A stretch of 63,997 nucleotides of DNA, filler included, from Jimgerdemannia flammicorona (taxonomy: Eukaryota), in the NCBI GenBank assembly GCA_003990765.1. It is 3 parts of 3 records of this genome, joined end to end, with 100 filler letters (N's around TTAATTAATTAA, not from the genome) between each part and the next. Parts side by side here need not be neighbours in the genome. Positions count along the whole stretch, not along the records: positions 43,088 to 63,997 come from RBNJ01001569.1; 2 more parts are not named here. The stretch is one strand, 5' to 3'. The first letter of the stretch is position 1; every line of letters starts with the position of its first letter. Made by a program: the position numbers and the translations under genes. Below, in pieces: positions 51,265-63,720 of this stretch. A model generated the notes under the pieces. The model was not told the origin of the DNA. It searched no databases and saw only the letters and a list, made by a program, of their open reading frames with translations.

Positions 51265-51760
51265 ATGGCTATTCAACTACTCCTAATGAATGTGTGGGCA
51301 TATTGTTTGGATCGGGACCATACGCATAGGTATCACCCCCTGACCTCACTGACCGGCACATGCTAATACAATGGGCCCCGATTTGGATAGATACAATGGG
51401 CCCCGATTCGGATAGGTGTGAACAAGAGGTTGAAATATGTGACGTTTTTATTATAATTAACGTTTTGTTTACGTCTATTTGAAGTGGGACCCATAGTATA
51501 TTCAACTACTTCTAATGCGTGTGGGAACATATTGTTTGGATCGCATACATATCGACCCCTGACATCAATGACTAGCACATGTTAATATATTCAACTACTT
51601 CTAATGCATGTGGGAACATATTGTTTGAATCAGGTATTTCTGATGCATGTGGCCTGGATCGGGACGACATGCAAACATATCAACCTCTGACCTTAATGAC
51701 TGGTACGTGTTAATAAATTCGACTACTTCTAATACATGTGCGGGGCACATTGTTTGGATC
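51265..51760 (+). repeat. Four dispersed copies of a ~45-90 bp motif (TATTCAACTACTTCTAATGCGTGTGGGAACATATTGTTTGGATC)
   Basis: Copies start near 51270, 51499, 51588 and 51716. Confidence 0.75.
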
Positions 51761-52230
51761 AATGACCGCCAACACCAGATACATCATTGGTGTTGACCTG
51801 TCTGTACGTATCCTTCTCACAACAAGCCAGGCTACTCTAAATATTTTTGGCTTATGGAGTCCAGGAAATCGATAATGATATTTGGTTCCAAACAATTAGT
51901 ATATCACCATTGAAAATAATAGATTGTGAAAGGTTTGTTGTAGCATGTGCTCTGTGTTATATCATTGGCAACATCACCCCACCTAACCACCCGGTACCAT
52001 TGTTTATAATACACGAAAATGTACAACACAACTTGTTGGCTTATGGAGACCCGAACTCCCATAAAAAATTTGTTCCAAACATTAGATTATCTACCTAGCA
52101 CCATTGAAAACTACTGGTTTGTTGTGACGTGCTCTTTGCAGGATCATCTAACGACATCGTCCAACGGTTTTGAAAACCACAGGTTTGTTGTGATATGTGT
52201 TCATCTGACGACTTCATCCCACGTAGTGCC

Positions 52231-52866
52231 AACGTTTTCCAGCTTCAAAATCACGTCGGAATTATTAAATTTATTGGCATTGTGCCAGCTGGTCAGGTGT
52301 ACGGATTATGTAGTGCTGCCGCCACGCGCCGCACCTGTATAACTCTTCGATAGTCATATTTAGGTGGTTGTGGTGATGGGAACATTTGCCATATTTGACA
52401 ATAAATGTACGTACCAAGTTTTGGAATTCTGTATACACATGTAGTACATGTGCGGTTGCAGTTAAACGCCTCGGTGCCATTACCTTTATTGGGTTCGATA
52501 GGATATATTGGCACTTTTGGGCTACTGTTTACAAGTAAACTTGATTTTTCCCATTATCCTAGCGTCAACGTCTTCCAGCATAAATGTCATGTCGAAATAA
52601 TTAAATTTATTGTCATTGTGCTGGCTAGTTAGATATACGGACTATATAGTGCAGTACCCGTATAACTTCGATAGTGATATTCAGGTGGTCTGGTGATGGG
52701 AACACTTGCCATATTGACGATAAATATACGTCCCCGGCTGCAGATACATGTTGTACACATGTGGTACTGTGCGGTTCTATTATATAATCAGGCTCGGTGC
52801 CATTACCTCTATTGGGTTCGATCGGATATATTGAATATATTGGTATACTTTTGGGTTACTGTTTAC
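52231..52866 (+). repeat. Diverged ~336-bp tandem duplication
   Basis: 52231-52532 versus 52567-52866 share blocks such as GTGATGGGAACA, GGTGCCATTACCT.TATTGGGTTCGAT and ACTGTTTAC. Confidence 0.8.
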
Positions 52867-53498
52867 TTATCGAATTCTTGGCGTGACCAAGTATACAAGT
52901 TCAAACTCGCTAAGCGAGGAATTATGATCGATGAAAAGGACATTTCATATATCTCCATCTAGCCTCCAATTGGAATCGCAAGGGTGGGAAACAGTAAAGA
53001 AGATGAAGGCAAGGTGTGGTTCATTGACCCGGAACTGCTGGAAAGGTATTGAAAGCCTAAATATGATTTGGAATTGAAAGATAAGACCAACAAGGTCAAA
53101 ACGCCAGGTGAGTGTCAATTATCCCCTGTTTGCTATCCGCCCACGTGATATTTTTTTTTTTTTCCGTAGGCGGTCAGGTTCCGGGTGTACGCGTTCAATA
53201 TGGAGGTAGCCATTTTGCTTTATTATTTATCGATCTTTTCTGGATATCCCACCCAGCTTTTTTAGACTGTCATTTTTCGGGAACCAAAGGTCATGCGGTT
53301 GTGTTGACAAATATACGTCAAATTAGATGAATCTTGTTTACGTATTTGGTAGTCTACCTGACTACCCCGAGCCATTCACAGGAAGTTCTATTGATTAATC
53401 GGTTATCCGAAATTGTTATAAGAATGACAAAATAATTTCGATGAGTCCTGTGCGAACATAAGAACTCTCGTTGGGTTTTTCAGATTTATCGTTGCATC

Positions 53499-55722
53499 AT
53501 GCCTTTTGAACTTTTCTCGCATGGCAATATTTTCGGATACAATGCCGACTTGAATGACCTTGACGGTGAAGATGAGATAGACCAAACTGATGCGACTCCC
53601 GGTGCTGATGCTAATCCGACTCCCGATGATGGACTGCGTTTCAATTATTATCAAGACGTGTTAGTATGTCCCTACTTTATTACATGCAACCGAAACCGAC
53701 ATCATCTCACGCGTGTCTATCGGTTAGTTATCGGCAATTTCGTGGTATTCATGCAACATATATTGGAGAGAGAACCAATCGCCCACCTGGAGACTGTAAG
53801 TATAGTTCCTTTCACTCCAATACTTGTTAACAACAATTAATCGTCCCTTTTAACAAAAACACCCTCCTCCAGTGCACGTTGGTATCATCGGTGCTGGGAT
53901 GGCAGGTCTCTTCTCCGCCCTCATCTTAAAGACGGCCGGAATCCATGTAACCGTTTTCGAAGTAAACGATCGCGTAGGAGGGCGAGTCAACACACACTAC
54001 TTCCCCAGTGAGGAGACCCAAAAGTGGCAGTACGGTGAATTCGGTGCCATGAGGCTTCCTTTCGAAAACGCTGAACATGACCTTGTGTTCAAAGTCATTG
54101 ACTACTTGAACGAGTTGAACAAAAAGGATCACCCAGACAGACTTATCGATTTGGTTGAATTCAAAATGACATGTGATAAGTATGTGTTTGACGGCAGGGA
54201 GATGGGTAGTTTTGCACGACTCTAAAACGCAAGCTTACACCTTCGTTTTCCTTAGCGGACTCACGTTCTACAACAATAAGATGTTGACGAACAAAGAGGC
54301 TGACGATTCGCCTGATAGGATAGGTTTCCCCTCGGGTGTCCTCAATTTGTGGAATAGGGCCATCGCCATATTCATCAAAAGATTACAAGTCAACTTCAAT
54401 TTGGGTCTGTGGTTCCTTAAGAAGTTCGATTCGTACTCAGTTCGTGGATTTCTTGCTGCACCACCATTTTCTTTCTTAAAGAAAATAAGTCAAGAGTGGA
54501 TTTCCTACATTGAAACATACTATTCCGCCACGGGTTTGTTCCGTTTGGCTTTCGTCGAAGCCGTTATTGATGGTAAGTGAAAGACGATTGGCCAGTCCTT
54601 GCAATCCTTGCGCGATGCTCACATACGATATTTTTTCTTTTTTTCTAAAGCTTACACTTTCTCGGCAACCACATGGAGAACAAGTAATTATCGGTTATCT
54701 ACTGATCGGCACCAACATCCTGTGAAATGTTTCTGACCTCGCTTTTGCTTTTATTTTATTTTTTTTTTAAAAAAAAAAAAAAAATAGTTGTGGGAGGAAT
54801 GCAACGCTTACCTGACGCTTTCCGTCCCTTCCTTGGAAATAACATCAAATATCGGCACTCTGTGCAAAAGCTTGAGGTATTGCCAGGAGACAAAGTCGGA
54901 ATCACGTACACTACCATTCAGGACAATCAACGCCAATTTCCACCACTCAACGGTGAACAAACGAAAACCGAATCCTTTGACCATGTTATTGTAACCTGCC
55001 CTCTTGGTGTCGTCAGACGCTGGGACTTGCCTGGTAAGTGTTATACTGTTCACTGATTTTGCATTTCATAATTATCTTGTGATTTAATTTTCGTTGTGTG
55101 CACAGAATTCAGTCTTCAGAAAAGAACCGCCATCCGTTGCCTGAATTACGATAACTCCACCAAGATCTTCCTTCAATTCCAAACGCGCTTCTGGGAAAAC
55201 GGCACAAATCCCATTGAAGGCGGCAGTAGCAATACGGATTTGCCAATTCGTACAATTGTCTACCCCTCGTACGGGATAAATTCTGGTGAACCTGGTGTGT
55301 TGCTCGTTAGTTACACATGGGCGAATGATGCCGCAAGGTATGGTGCCAATTCCGATGAAGATATCGCTGAGCTAGCTTTGAGGGACGTCGTTAAGATTCA
55401 CGGTGATATCGCCAGAAGAGAATACATGGGTCGTTATGGTGTGCATTATTGGTCCACAGATCCAACTGCCGGAGGTGGTGCATTTGCGCTCTTCGAACCT
55501 GGACAATTCACTACCTGGATGCCACACATCAAGGAACCTGAATTCAATATCCATTTCGCTGGTGAGCATACCGATGTTCATCACGCCTGGATTGTTGGTG
55601 CTTTAAACTCTGCCCTATTCACGACATGTAACATTATGGTAAAAGAAGGCCTTGAAAAGTTATTCCGTAAAGTTACTGAACCATTCACCAACAAATATAA
55701 TGTACCCGATGAATATCTCTAA
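53499..55722 (+). CDS. Flavin amine oxidase family, L-amino-acid oxidase-like, 7 exons, ~582 aa
   Basis: Exons 53499-53659, 53728-53795, 53873-54179, 54256-54572, 54651-54683, 54788-55033, 55106-55722 (all GT-AG, 1749 nt, open frame). Motifs GIIGAGMAGL, RVGGRV, EFGAMRLP, GGMQRLP, HFAGEHTDVHHAWIVGAL. Confidence 0.93.
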
Positions 55723-55965
55723 GTCAGATAAATAAAGTCATTTGGAGTGGTTTCGATCAAGTACTTTCAAATCAGTTGCTTTGAGAGCCAATGTGAAAGT
55801 GGCCCGATTCAACATGCTACAGGTCCATATGTGTAGCCAACTTTGATAATTCATCTCAAAATTATATATTCTTGTCAGCCGGAAGCAAATATTAGCCCGT
55901 AAGACAAGTTGTAATAAGAATTACATGACGAGCGAACGACTTCGAAGAAGACGCGAAAGACGGGT

Positions 55966-55987
55966 CACGTGATTGGTGATGACGTCA
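55966..55987. promoter_or_regulatory. Compact cluster of E-box (CACGTG), inverted CCAAT and CRE (TGACGTCA)
   Basis: CACGTG ATTGG TGA TGACGTCA within 22 bp; no associated gene identified. Confidence 0.35.
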
Positions 55988-57087
55988 CGAACTGAAAAGA
56001 CGAAATAACGAACCACAGCACGCGAATGCAGCAGGTGTTTGGACAGGACTATGGACAGGACACGTCCAGGCCAAACAGACGTAACCTGCTGAATGCAGCA
56101 AGTATTAGTTAGCCAAATGCACCAACTATCACATCAGCAATAAATCAGTTTTAGCTTCAGTTTAATTCTTATACACACCATTCTCTGAAGAGTTCTTAGT
56201 AATTATGCCTAAATTACTCTAGATTTCTGACTAAACTCCAGAAGAGTAGCTAACTTCTGAATTATTAAACTGGTATTCAAATCCTTGAGCTTTGAATTAC
56301 AAATAATTCAGTCTACATATAAATTGAACTCACTTAATTGTAGTTATAAGAAGAAGAGATTAATTATTCTATTATAAAGAAATGTACTTACTCAACTCAG
56401 TAAAAAAAGAGAAAAATAAAAACAGAAGGCCTCTTGATTCTATGAATCTCAAGTTGCCAGTAATTAAGTTATTCTATTGAAATCTTATTAAAAATTAATA
56501 ATAGTAGAATATTAAGCCAAATTAATATCAAGAATACTCTTTTCTATATTGATAGTTTTAACTCAATCTTTAATAAGAAAAAACAAATCAGACACTCTAA
56601 ATAACTCAAGATTAAATCTATAGATAAGAGCTAATTTAGTAGCTATTTTTTGAAATAAATAGTATTATAAAAAATATCATTTAAGAATTATATTAGTAAA
56701 TTATTAATCAAATAAATAAAGAACTATATTATATATTTAAAACCCATTACTTATCTTTTAAAAAACTTCAAGTAAGATAATAATTTATTACCCTTATCTA
56801 AAGCTATAACAATGAAGCCAGAATATATATCAAAATCTATAATAGTAGTAATGATAGAATTTCTTAACTATATTTTTGAAAATAGAATAATAGTGAGTTA
56901 AATAGCTAAATAGTAGATTAATTTCTCTATTTACTATTAAATAAATATATGTCTATATTGTAAAGTGGTCAATTTTATTGAAATTACATAGATTATATAT
57001 TTTTACATAATACTAATAAATAATATAAAACTAATGAAATGATATAAGTTATATACTGATATATTAAGTTACTATCCTAATACTCTC

Positions 57088-58203
57088 TTTTTTTTTTTTT
57101 TTTTAACAGACTTAAGTCTTACAGATTTTTATTGAAAGAGAACCTAGACTATATAAACCAAATCCCTCCTCTATCTCTCTACTAAGCACTATACTCTCAT
57201 TAAACCTAGACTAGCTATTGTTTAGTAACTTGACTATACTGGGCTAGTGCTCTCAATGAATTAAATCAAATTGAATTTAATCCAAATTTAATTTAATTTA
57301 ATTTTAATTTAATTTGATTTGAGATTCAATTTGAACTCTATTTTTTAAAATATAATAACTTGATAAAAATATATTCAAATTTAATGATATTTAGCTTATT
57401 AGATTTCCATATAAGAGGAATCTAATAAGCTAAATATTATTAAATTTTGATATATTTTTATCAAGTTATTACATTTCAAAAAATAGAGTTTAAATCAGAC
57501 TCTTATTTGAATTAAAAAATTTCCAATTTAATTCAATTCAAATGATCCTTAATTTAATTTAATTTAAATTAATTTGATTTATTTAGAAGTACTATATTAG
57601 GTACAGCATAGCTTATATTTGCCTACATCTCATTCTGTATATTATGCTCTCTCTACCACTAAAGAGAAAGTGACTATATATTTATAACTGAAAGTATATA
57701 TTCAAAACCCCAATATATATATATATAAGACTATATTTAAACTAAATAAAAAAGCCCCCTTAATCTCAAATAGAGCAACAGATAAAGAAAAATCTTTTAA
57801 GAAATACAGAATAGTAGATAGAACCTAGTTCTCTCTGATGAGATAATTAGAGAACTTATATGAAATAGAAGGATATCTCTAATATCTTACTACTCCAGTC
57901 TATAGACCTTGATTATATTATTATATTAGTTTCTAATTCTAGTTGAGTATAACTAAGATACATACTTAATCTGGATAGTCTCAGACTCTTCAATAACTTC
58001 CAAATAACTGGAACTCAACTCTATATATTCCAAGAGTAATACTTACTATCTAACTACTCTATACTAATTAGAAGACTCTACTGATATAGTACCCACTCTA
58101 GCTCTGATGACTGTCACTAGTCTGATACTCTACTAGTCTACCATAATCACTCTTTCTCTTATCTATGATAGCTATCTCCTAACTTTACTTAAAAAATAGT
58201 CAG
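57088..58203 (-). mobile_element. SINE-like non-LTR element, copy 3 (highly decayed, 5'-truncated)
   Basis: Poly(T) at 57088-57104 followed by the reverse complement of the 3050-3153 tail. 57880-58203 matches ~2385-2760. Confidence 0.72.
57245..57594. mobile_element. hAT-family foldback MITE (350 bp)
   Basis: TAGTGCTCTCAAT...AGAAGTACTA ends, 8-bp TSD TACTGGGC/TATTAGGT (differences are all transitions), internal palindrome centred near 57412. Confidence 0.8.
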
Positions 58204-58959
58204 AAATCCACTATCTCTAAGAGATGGAATAATTTTAAAAATAAGATAACTAGAGTAATAATTACTTAAGATTTGAGTTGGAGAATTTCTCTTAATATAG
58301 AAAATTATCACATTATGAAATTTAAGATATAAGTCAATTGGTTTGTAATACCAACTTAAGTTTGAGTATAAAAGAACTTTGAAAAAAGACTCCAAGAGTT
58401 GAAGAATTACTCTTACTACTACTGCTATAAAAAATCATCACATACTTAAGATATAAGTCAGATAGATAAAGCTACTGCTATGAAAATTAGATACAAGACC
58501 AGAAAACACTACTATAGTTAGTAATACTACTATGGAAATCAGAAATCAAGACTCCCAGAACTTAAGATACAAGTTAGTTAGTTAACACTATCTCAGAAAT
58601 CAAGACTATATATGTAAGTCAGTCTGTTAAAAAAAAAAAAACCACTATAGGAAATTTTAGAAAAGACCTAAGGATATATTATATCACTAAGAAATATAGA
58701 GAATCCATTAAAATGATTGTCTAAAACTATATAAATACTCACCAACTTTTTTATCATTCCAAATATTTTGCTATTCTGAATGACCAGTTATGTAACCAAT
58801 AACTTGAGATATATAAACTTTTACTTAAACAAATCAAATAGTAGTGAAAGTAAACATTGAGCCAGAATATTATTAGTAAAGAAATAAATAGTATATAAAT
58901 AATCAGTGGTATATTGAGCTATACAATTTAACAAATAATCTATATAAATTGTATACTAT

Positions 58960-59177
58960 AATATAGATGTATTCAGTATATAAGTTATATGAAGAATTTA
59001 GATTATGAGATTCAGATTGGAGAATTTAGATTAAATGATTCAGATTGAGTAATTTAGATTGAGTAATTTGGATTAATCTAAGTTGATTCAGATTATTTCA
59101 GATTTGAGATTTGAGTCAAACTATTATATGATAAATCAAATCCAAATTTAATTTAAATTGACTCATTCAGAGCACTA
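58960..59177 (-). mobile_element. Decayed copy of the hAT end seen at 22520-22966
   Basis: GATTCAGATT repeats and ...AATTGACTCATTCAGAGCACTA terminus. Confidence 0.78.
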
Positions 59178-60481
59178 TATTAAAACTTCAATCTCTTATT
59201 TTGAGCTTTTACTAAACTCATCTCTAACTCTCTACTCTTTTATAAATATACTATCTTCTCTCAATATAACTTTATTTTCTCTCTCTTAAACCATAACCAT
59301 CAAAATTTACCATATATAACTTCTCTTTACTCTTCTTCTATTCTTCTATAATATCTTACTCTAACTCTCTTTTCACTTTCAGACTCAAAGATTCCAATAT
59401 ATATATTCAAGTTATTATATACTACTATCATACTACTATTACTCTTTTATATTAGTACAATTATATATAAGAAAGTATTCAGCTTTTATATATTAGAGAA
59501 GTCTATAGTTTGATATATATATAGATATTAAGTATTTACTATTATTATTAAACAATATCTAAGTTTGCAGTTATATTAGTAGAAAGTATTTATTTCTAAG
59601 TTTATAATATCTATACTAGATACTATAAATTAAATATTAATATAACCAAGAATCTCTATATTATTTAGGACTATAGAGAGAGTTTAATAAGAGTGTTTGA
59701 TAGATTAAAATATATAATAGTTCTAATATCAAAGTTTACTAATAATATATATATATATAAAATTACAAATTTCTCATAATCACTATAAAAAATTAAGATC
59801 TATTATTAGTTATTCAATATAAATCAAAATGAGAAATATATATGAGTAAAACTACAAAAAATGAAAAAAAATAAAAACTAAATAACTATCTTTTTAAATT
59901 TCTTCTTAGGTTTAATAAATCCTCATTAATAATCTTAAGTATATCAAATTTGGTGAAGTTGTAATTATAGTATTTATATATATATTGAAGGTAAAGATAT
60001 AGTATAAATATATTCAGTCAGTTAAGATTAAAGTAGTTATAATTCTCATCTCACTAAGAGATAATATTGAGATCAATAATATATTTAATTTGTTTTTTTT
60101 TTTTTTTAAGAGTGAGTAGAGTAAAGAAGAGAGAGAAGTAGAATTGTAGAGATAAGATTGAGATAGATGAGTGGCCAAAACAAGTAGTTTATATTAATAA
60201 ATAATATCTATTAATTAGTAATTAACTTTCAGTTTAATAAACTATATAAGAATATAAGAATGGTTTTTAATTTTTGACTATTAGTAGCTAATTATTAGAT
60301 AGAAAAATATAGAAAAATACATAGTTATAGTATTTACAACTTTTTATATAAACTATATAGTCTATTAATATCTTAAGTATATTAATATCTTATCTATTTA
60401 AACTCAAATTCTAACTATAGTCTAATATATTCATAAAGTATATACTAAAGTTAATATAATATTATTAATTATATAGTGTCA

Positions 60482-62019
60482 TATAATGGTTGCTGAGTCC
60501 TTCAAATATGCCAGATTCTCTTCAAAGGGTATCTCTTAGACTAACTCAAGTTTGTTATAAGCAAGTTCTTATTAGAGTACCTTTCCAAGGTCTTATAGTC
60601 CTCAAACTTCTTATCTTTAAACTGTCTTATTATCTCTTAGATTGCTTGCAAAGAAGTGTATATATTGTACTGAGAGGAACTGACTTTATTTCAGAGGAAA
60701 TAAGAGGGGTATTTATATAAAATATAATTCAATAGTTGCTAAGATATAAAGCTAAATATATACTAAAATAAAATACTAAGATAGGAAAAACTACTAAGTT
60801 CCAGAGTTGGCACTGATGGTTGTACAGGTTCAGAATGCTGATATAATTTCAGTAGTACAGAAAAATGGTACTGGAATAATTCAGTGTTATATCAGAATAC
60901 TGGTGCTAGAATAATTCAGTGTCATTAAAGGACTTTAGAGCAGAATGTTCAAGACCATAGGAGCTTCATTCTCATTAGAGGTCAGGATGTCTTCAAAGGA
61001 GATGAGGTCTACAAATTCATCATCATTATGTAGGTCATGTGTTTTGTATATGTTGTATGTCTCACATATGCCATATGGGATGATGTTATTGCTGATGACA
61101 TCATCACATTTAATGGCAGTAGGAACAAAGAGGTCTGGGGCTCTCTAGTCTATGAGGTTCTCTTCCACAAAATAGGAGACAAATGTAGAGTCTTGAGGAG
61201 GTCTAACCTGAATGCTTGGGCCTTAGAATACTAAGATCAATCCTTGCAGAAATTGGTCTGGGTTGTCCTGGAGGATGGGATACCAGAAGTCTTCTACTTC
61301 ATCACTATTGAGAGTGATAGTAGACTGGGCTTCTGTAGCCACCCTGGCTTCTAGTATATTGATATGGTGAGCTGACAGATCTCTGAAGTCTGAGACTCTA
61401 ATATACTTTAAGTTGGGGATCAACCATGATGCATGCCTGAAGATCTGATGAATCTTCTTAGCTGTTCTTGTCTCACATATATCCATGGGAGTAGCATCTT
61501 GTAACTCTTGAGTGCTGGCCTGTGGGAACTCCCAGCAGAGGAGGTTTCCTATTTCATACTCCTGCCATATTTAGAGGCATTCAGTAGTAATAGTAATCCT
61601 TGTTTCTATTTCACAGCAGTAGAGGATATAATGATAAGGGTTATTCATATCTAGGTTAATACTAGAAGTCCTTCTTGAGCAGGTCCTCATGACTCTTCTG
61701 ATGTCTTAGAACATTCTTTCTTTGACTGAGATACCTTAGTAGTTCCTTGACCTTGAGGTTTGGCAAGCAGCAGGCATTTCATTTGTAGTAAGTCTTTGAG
61801 CTATTTTGGGATTGGTGGGTCTTGTTGGTTGCTGTTACTGCAGTTCCTTGATCCTTCTTTTATATTCCTCAAGATACCCATACTGTAGTCACAATGACTC
61901 ACAGTTGGTCATTATTGCTCATCTTGTATACTATATGATCTTCTTGTACTCCAATCTGGTGGCTTATAAGGAAAGGCTATCTCCTGTGCTGATATCATCA
62001 TTCTGGAGTCACCATTACA
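60482..62019 (-). repeat. LTR of a second LTR-retrotransposon family (1538 bp) preceded by a PPT
   Basis: Minus strand reads AGGAGAAAGA-TGTAATGG ... ACCATTATA. TATAAATACCCC near 60718 and TGATGTCA near 61100. Confidence 0.75.
61223..61777 (-). pseudogene. U3 accessory ORF of the second LTR family, apparently homologous to 23469/32446
   Basis: MPAACQTSRSRNY*GISVKERMF*DIRRVMR...LDMNNPYHYILY...IWQEYEIGNLL...MDICETRTAKKIHQIFRHASWLIPNLKYIRVSDFRDLSAHHINIL; three TAA stops. Confidence 0.6.
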
Positions 62020-62052
62020 TCTTTCTCCTGAATAAGGATCTTCTTGAACAAC

Positions 62053-62805
62053 ATGGGTAATACAGGCAGGCAAGATGGGTAAGACAGGCAAGACAGCAAG
62101 ATAATAAGATGGGTGATATAAGCAAGACAGGCAAGATAGGCAAGATGGGCAGATGGCAAGACAGGCAATATGGGCAAGACAGGCAAAATGGGAAAAATGG
62201 ACAAAATGGGCAATATGGGTAACATAGACAATATAGGTAATATAGACAATATGGGCAGGCAATATAGGTAATACAGGTAATACAGACAATATGGACAATA
62301 TGGGCAATATAGGCAGATAAGACAATATGGACAATATGGGCAATACAGGCAGATAAGACAGATAAGATGGGCAAGATGACAAGATGGTAAGATAGGCAAC
62401 ATAGATAAGACAGGTAGATGGCAAGACAGGCAACATGGGCAAGATAGACAAAATAGACAAAATAGAACATGGGCAATATGGGCAATATGGGCAACATGGG
62501 CAACACAGGCAATACAGGCAACATGGGCAGGCAAGATGGATAAGATGAGCAAGATGGGTAAGATGGATAAGATGGGTAAGACAGCAAGATGGCAATATAG
62601 GCAATATGGGCAATACAGGCAGGCAAGACAGACAAGATGGGCAAGATGAGTAAGATGGGCAAGATGGATAAGATGGATAAGATGGACAAGATGGGCAAGA
62701 TAGCAAGATGGTAATATAGGCAACATGGGCAATATAGGTAGGCAAGATGGGCAAGATAGGCAAGATGGGCAAGATGGGCAAGACAGACAAGATGGGCAAG
62801 ACAGG
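62053..62805 (+). repeat. Degenerate 9-bp tandem repeat (GGCAAGATG/GGCAATATG)
   Basis: ~750 bp array; accounts for the three overlapping low-complexity minus-strand ORFs. Confidence 0.92.
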
Positions 62806-63019
62806 AGGCACTAATAGGGGTTGGTCAGGTGTACTAGATGCCAAGTACTTGAGGTGGTTGGGGCTCACAACCCATACCCACTCTTGGGTGGGGTAGGCCA
62901 GATAGGAGGATCTAGTTATTTGGGCAGTGAGGTCACAACTCACACCCTAAAGGTACAAGGCTGAGTGAGTATGAAGGTAGGTTGAGATTGGGGTGAAATG
63001 GGGCTACTGATGTTATATG

Positions 63020-63720
63020 AGGACATGAACATATACAATAAGGCAAGAAGAACTATGTAGTGGTCCAAAATGGAAGAAGACCTGTGCCAATTTTTCAAAA
63101 GATGTGACAAGTGCCAAAAATAGAAACAAGATCAGCAAGACTAGGCATCTGGGTCATCAAGAATTGAGTCTATCCCCTTCCACCACATCACAATGAATAT
63201 CATTGGGCCACTACCAGTAATACTATTAGGAAACTACTATATTATAGTTATTGTAGACCTCTTTACCAAATGGATAGAAGCAGGAGTATTACAAGAAGCC
63301 AATGCCCTCTCTATAGCTGACTTTCTCCTAAATCACAACCAACTATAGTACAGAATTTGTCAATAGATTCCACAAGATAATATATCAGAAATACAAGATT
63401 CAGCACATCAAGACTACCATGTACCACTCTTAAGGAAATGGACAGATAGAGAGAACCAACAAGACCCTCAAGAACATTCTGGTGAAGATCTCAGAGACAT
63501 ATGAGAATTGGGATAACTACCTCCCAACTGCCCTCTCTGTCCTTCAAGACATATGGTCACAGAGCACACACTTTACCTTAAGAGAACTGCTCTTTGGAGA
63601 AGAAGATTCTGATGGAACCTCAGCCATAAATCTAGACCTAACTTGGAGATAGGTTGATGCAGAAATCTGGAGACTACACCAAATTAGGAAGAAGACTGAA
63701 GATTACATCATCAAGTCACA
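63020..63720 (+). mobile_element. Ty3/Gypsy integrase fragment (different family)
   Basis: CDKCQK, PFHHITMNIIGPLP, YIIVIVDLFTKWIEA, TEFVN, TTMYHS*GNGQIERTNKTLKNIL, WDNYLPTAL. Confidence 0.85.

Noticed and set aside
51265..51760. Repeat-spacer-like pattern as a CRISPR array (also 10945-11225 and 22540-22865)
   Set aside because: Repeats are degenerate, irregularly spaced or directly tandem, the intervening sequences are related to each other, no cas genes are present, and the context is eukaryotic.
61912..62943. Three overlapping Cys/Pro/Leu-rich ORFs of 227-343 aa
   Set aside because: Artefacts of a 9-bp tandem repeat that lacks stops on the minus strand.
63020..63720. Integrase as part of the element owning the 60482-62019 LTR
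   Set aside because: Opposite orientation to that LTR and its PPT, so it is treated as a separate insertion.
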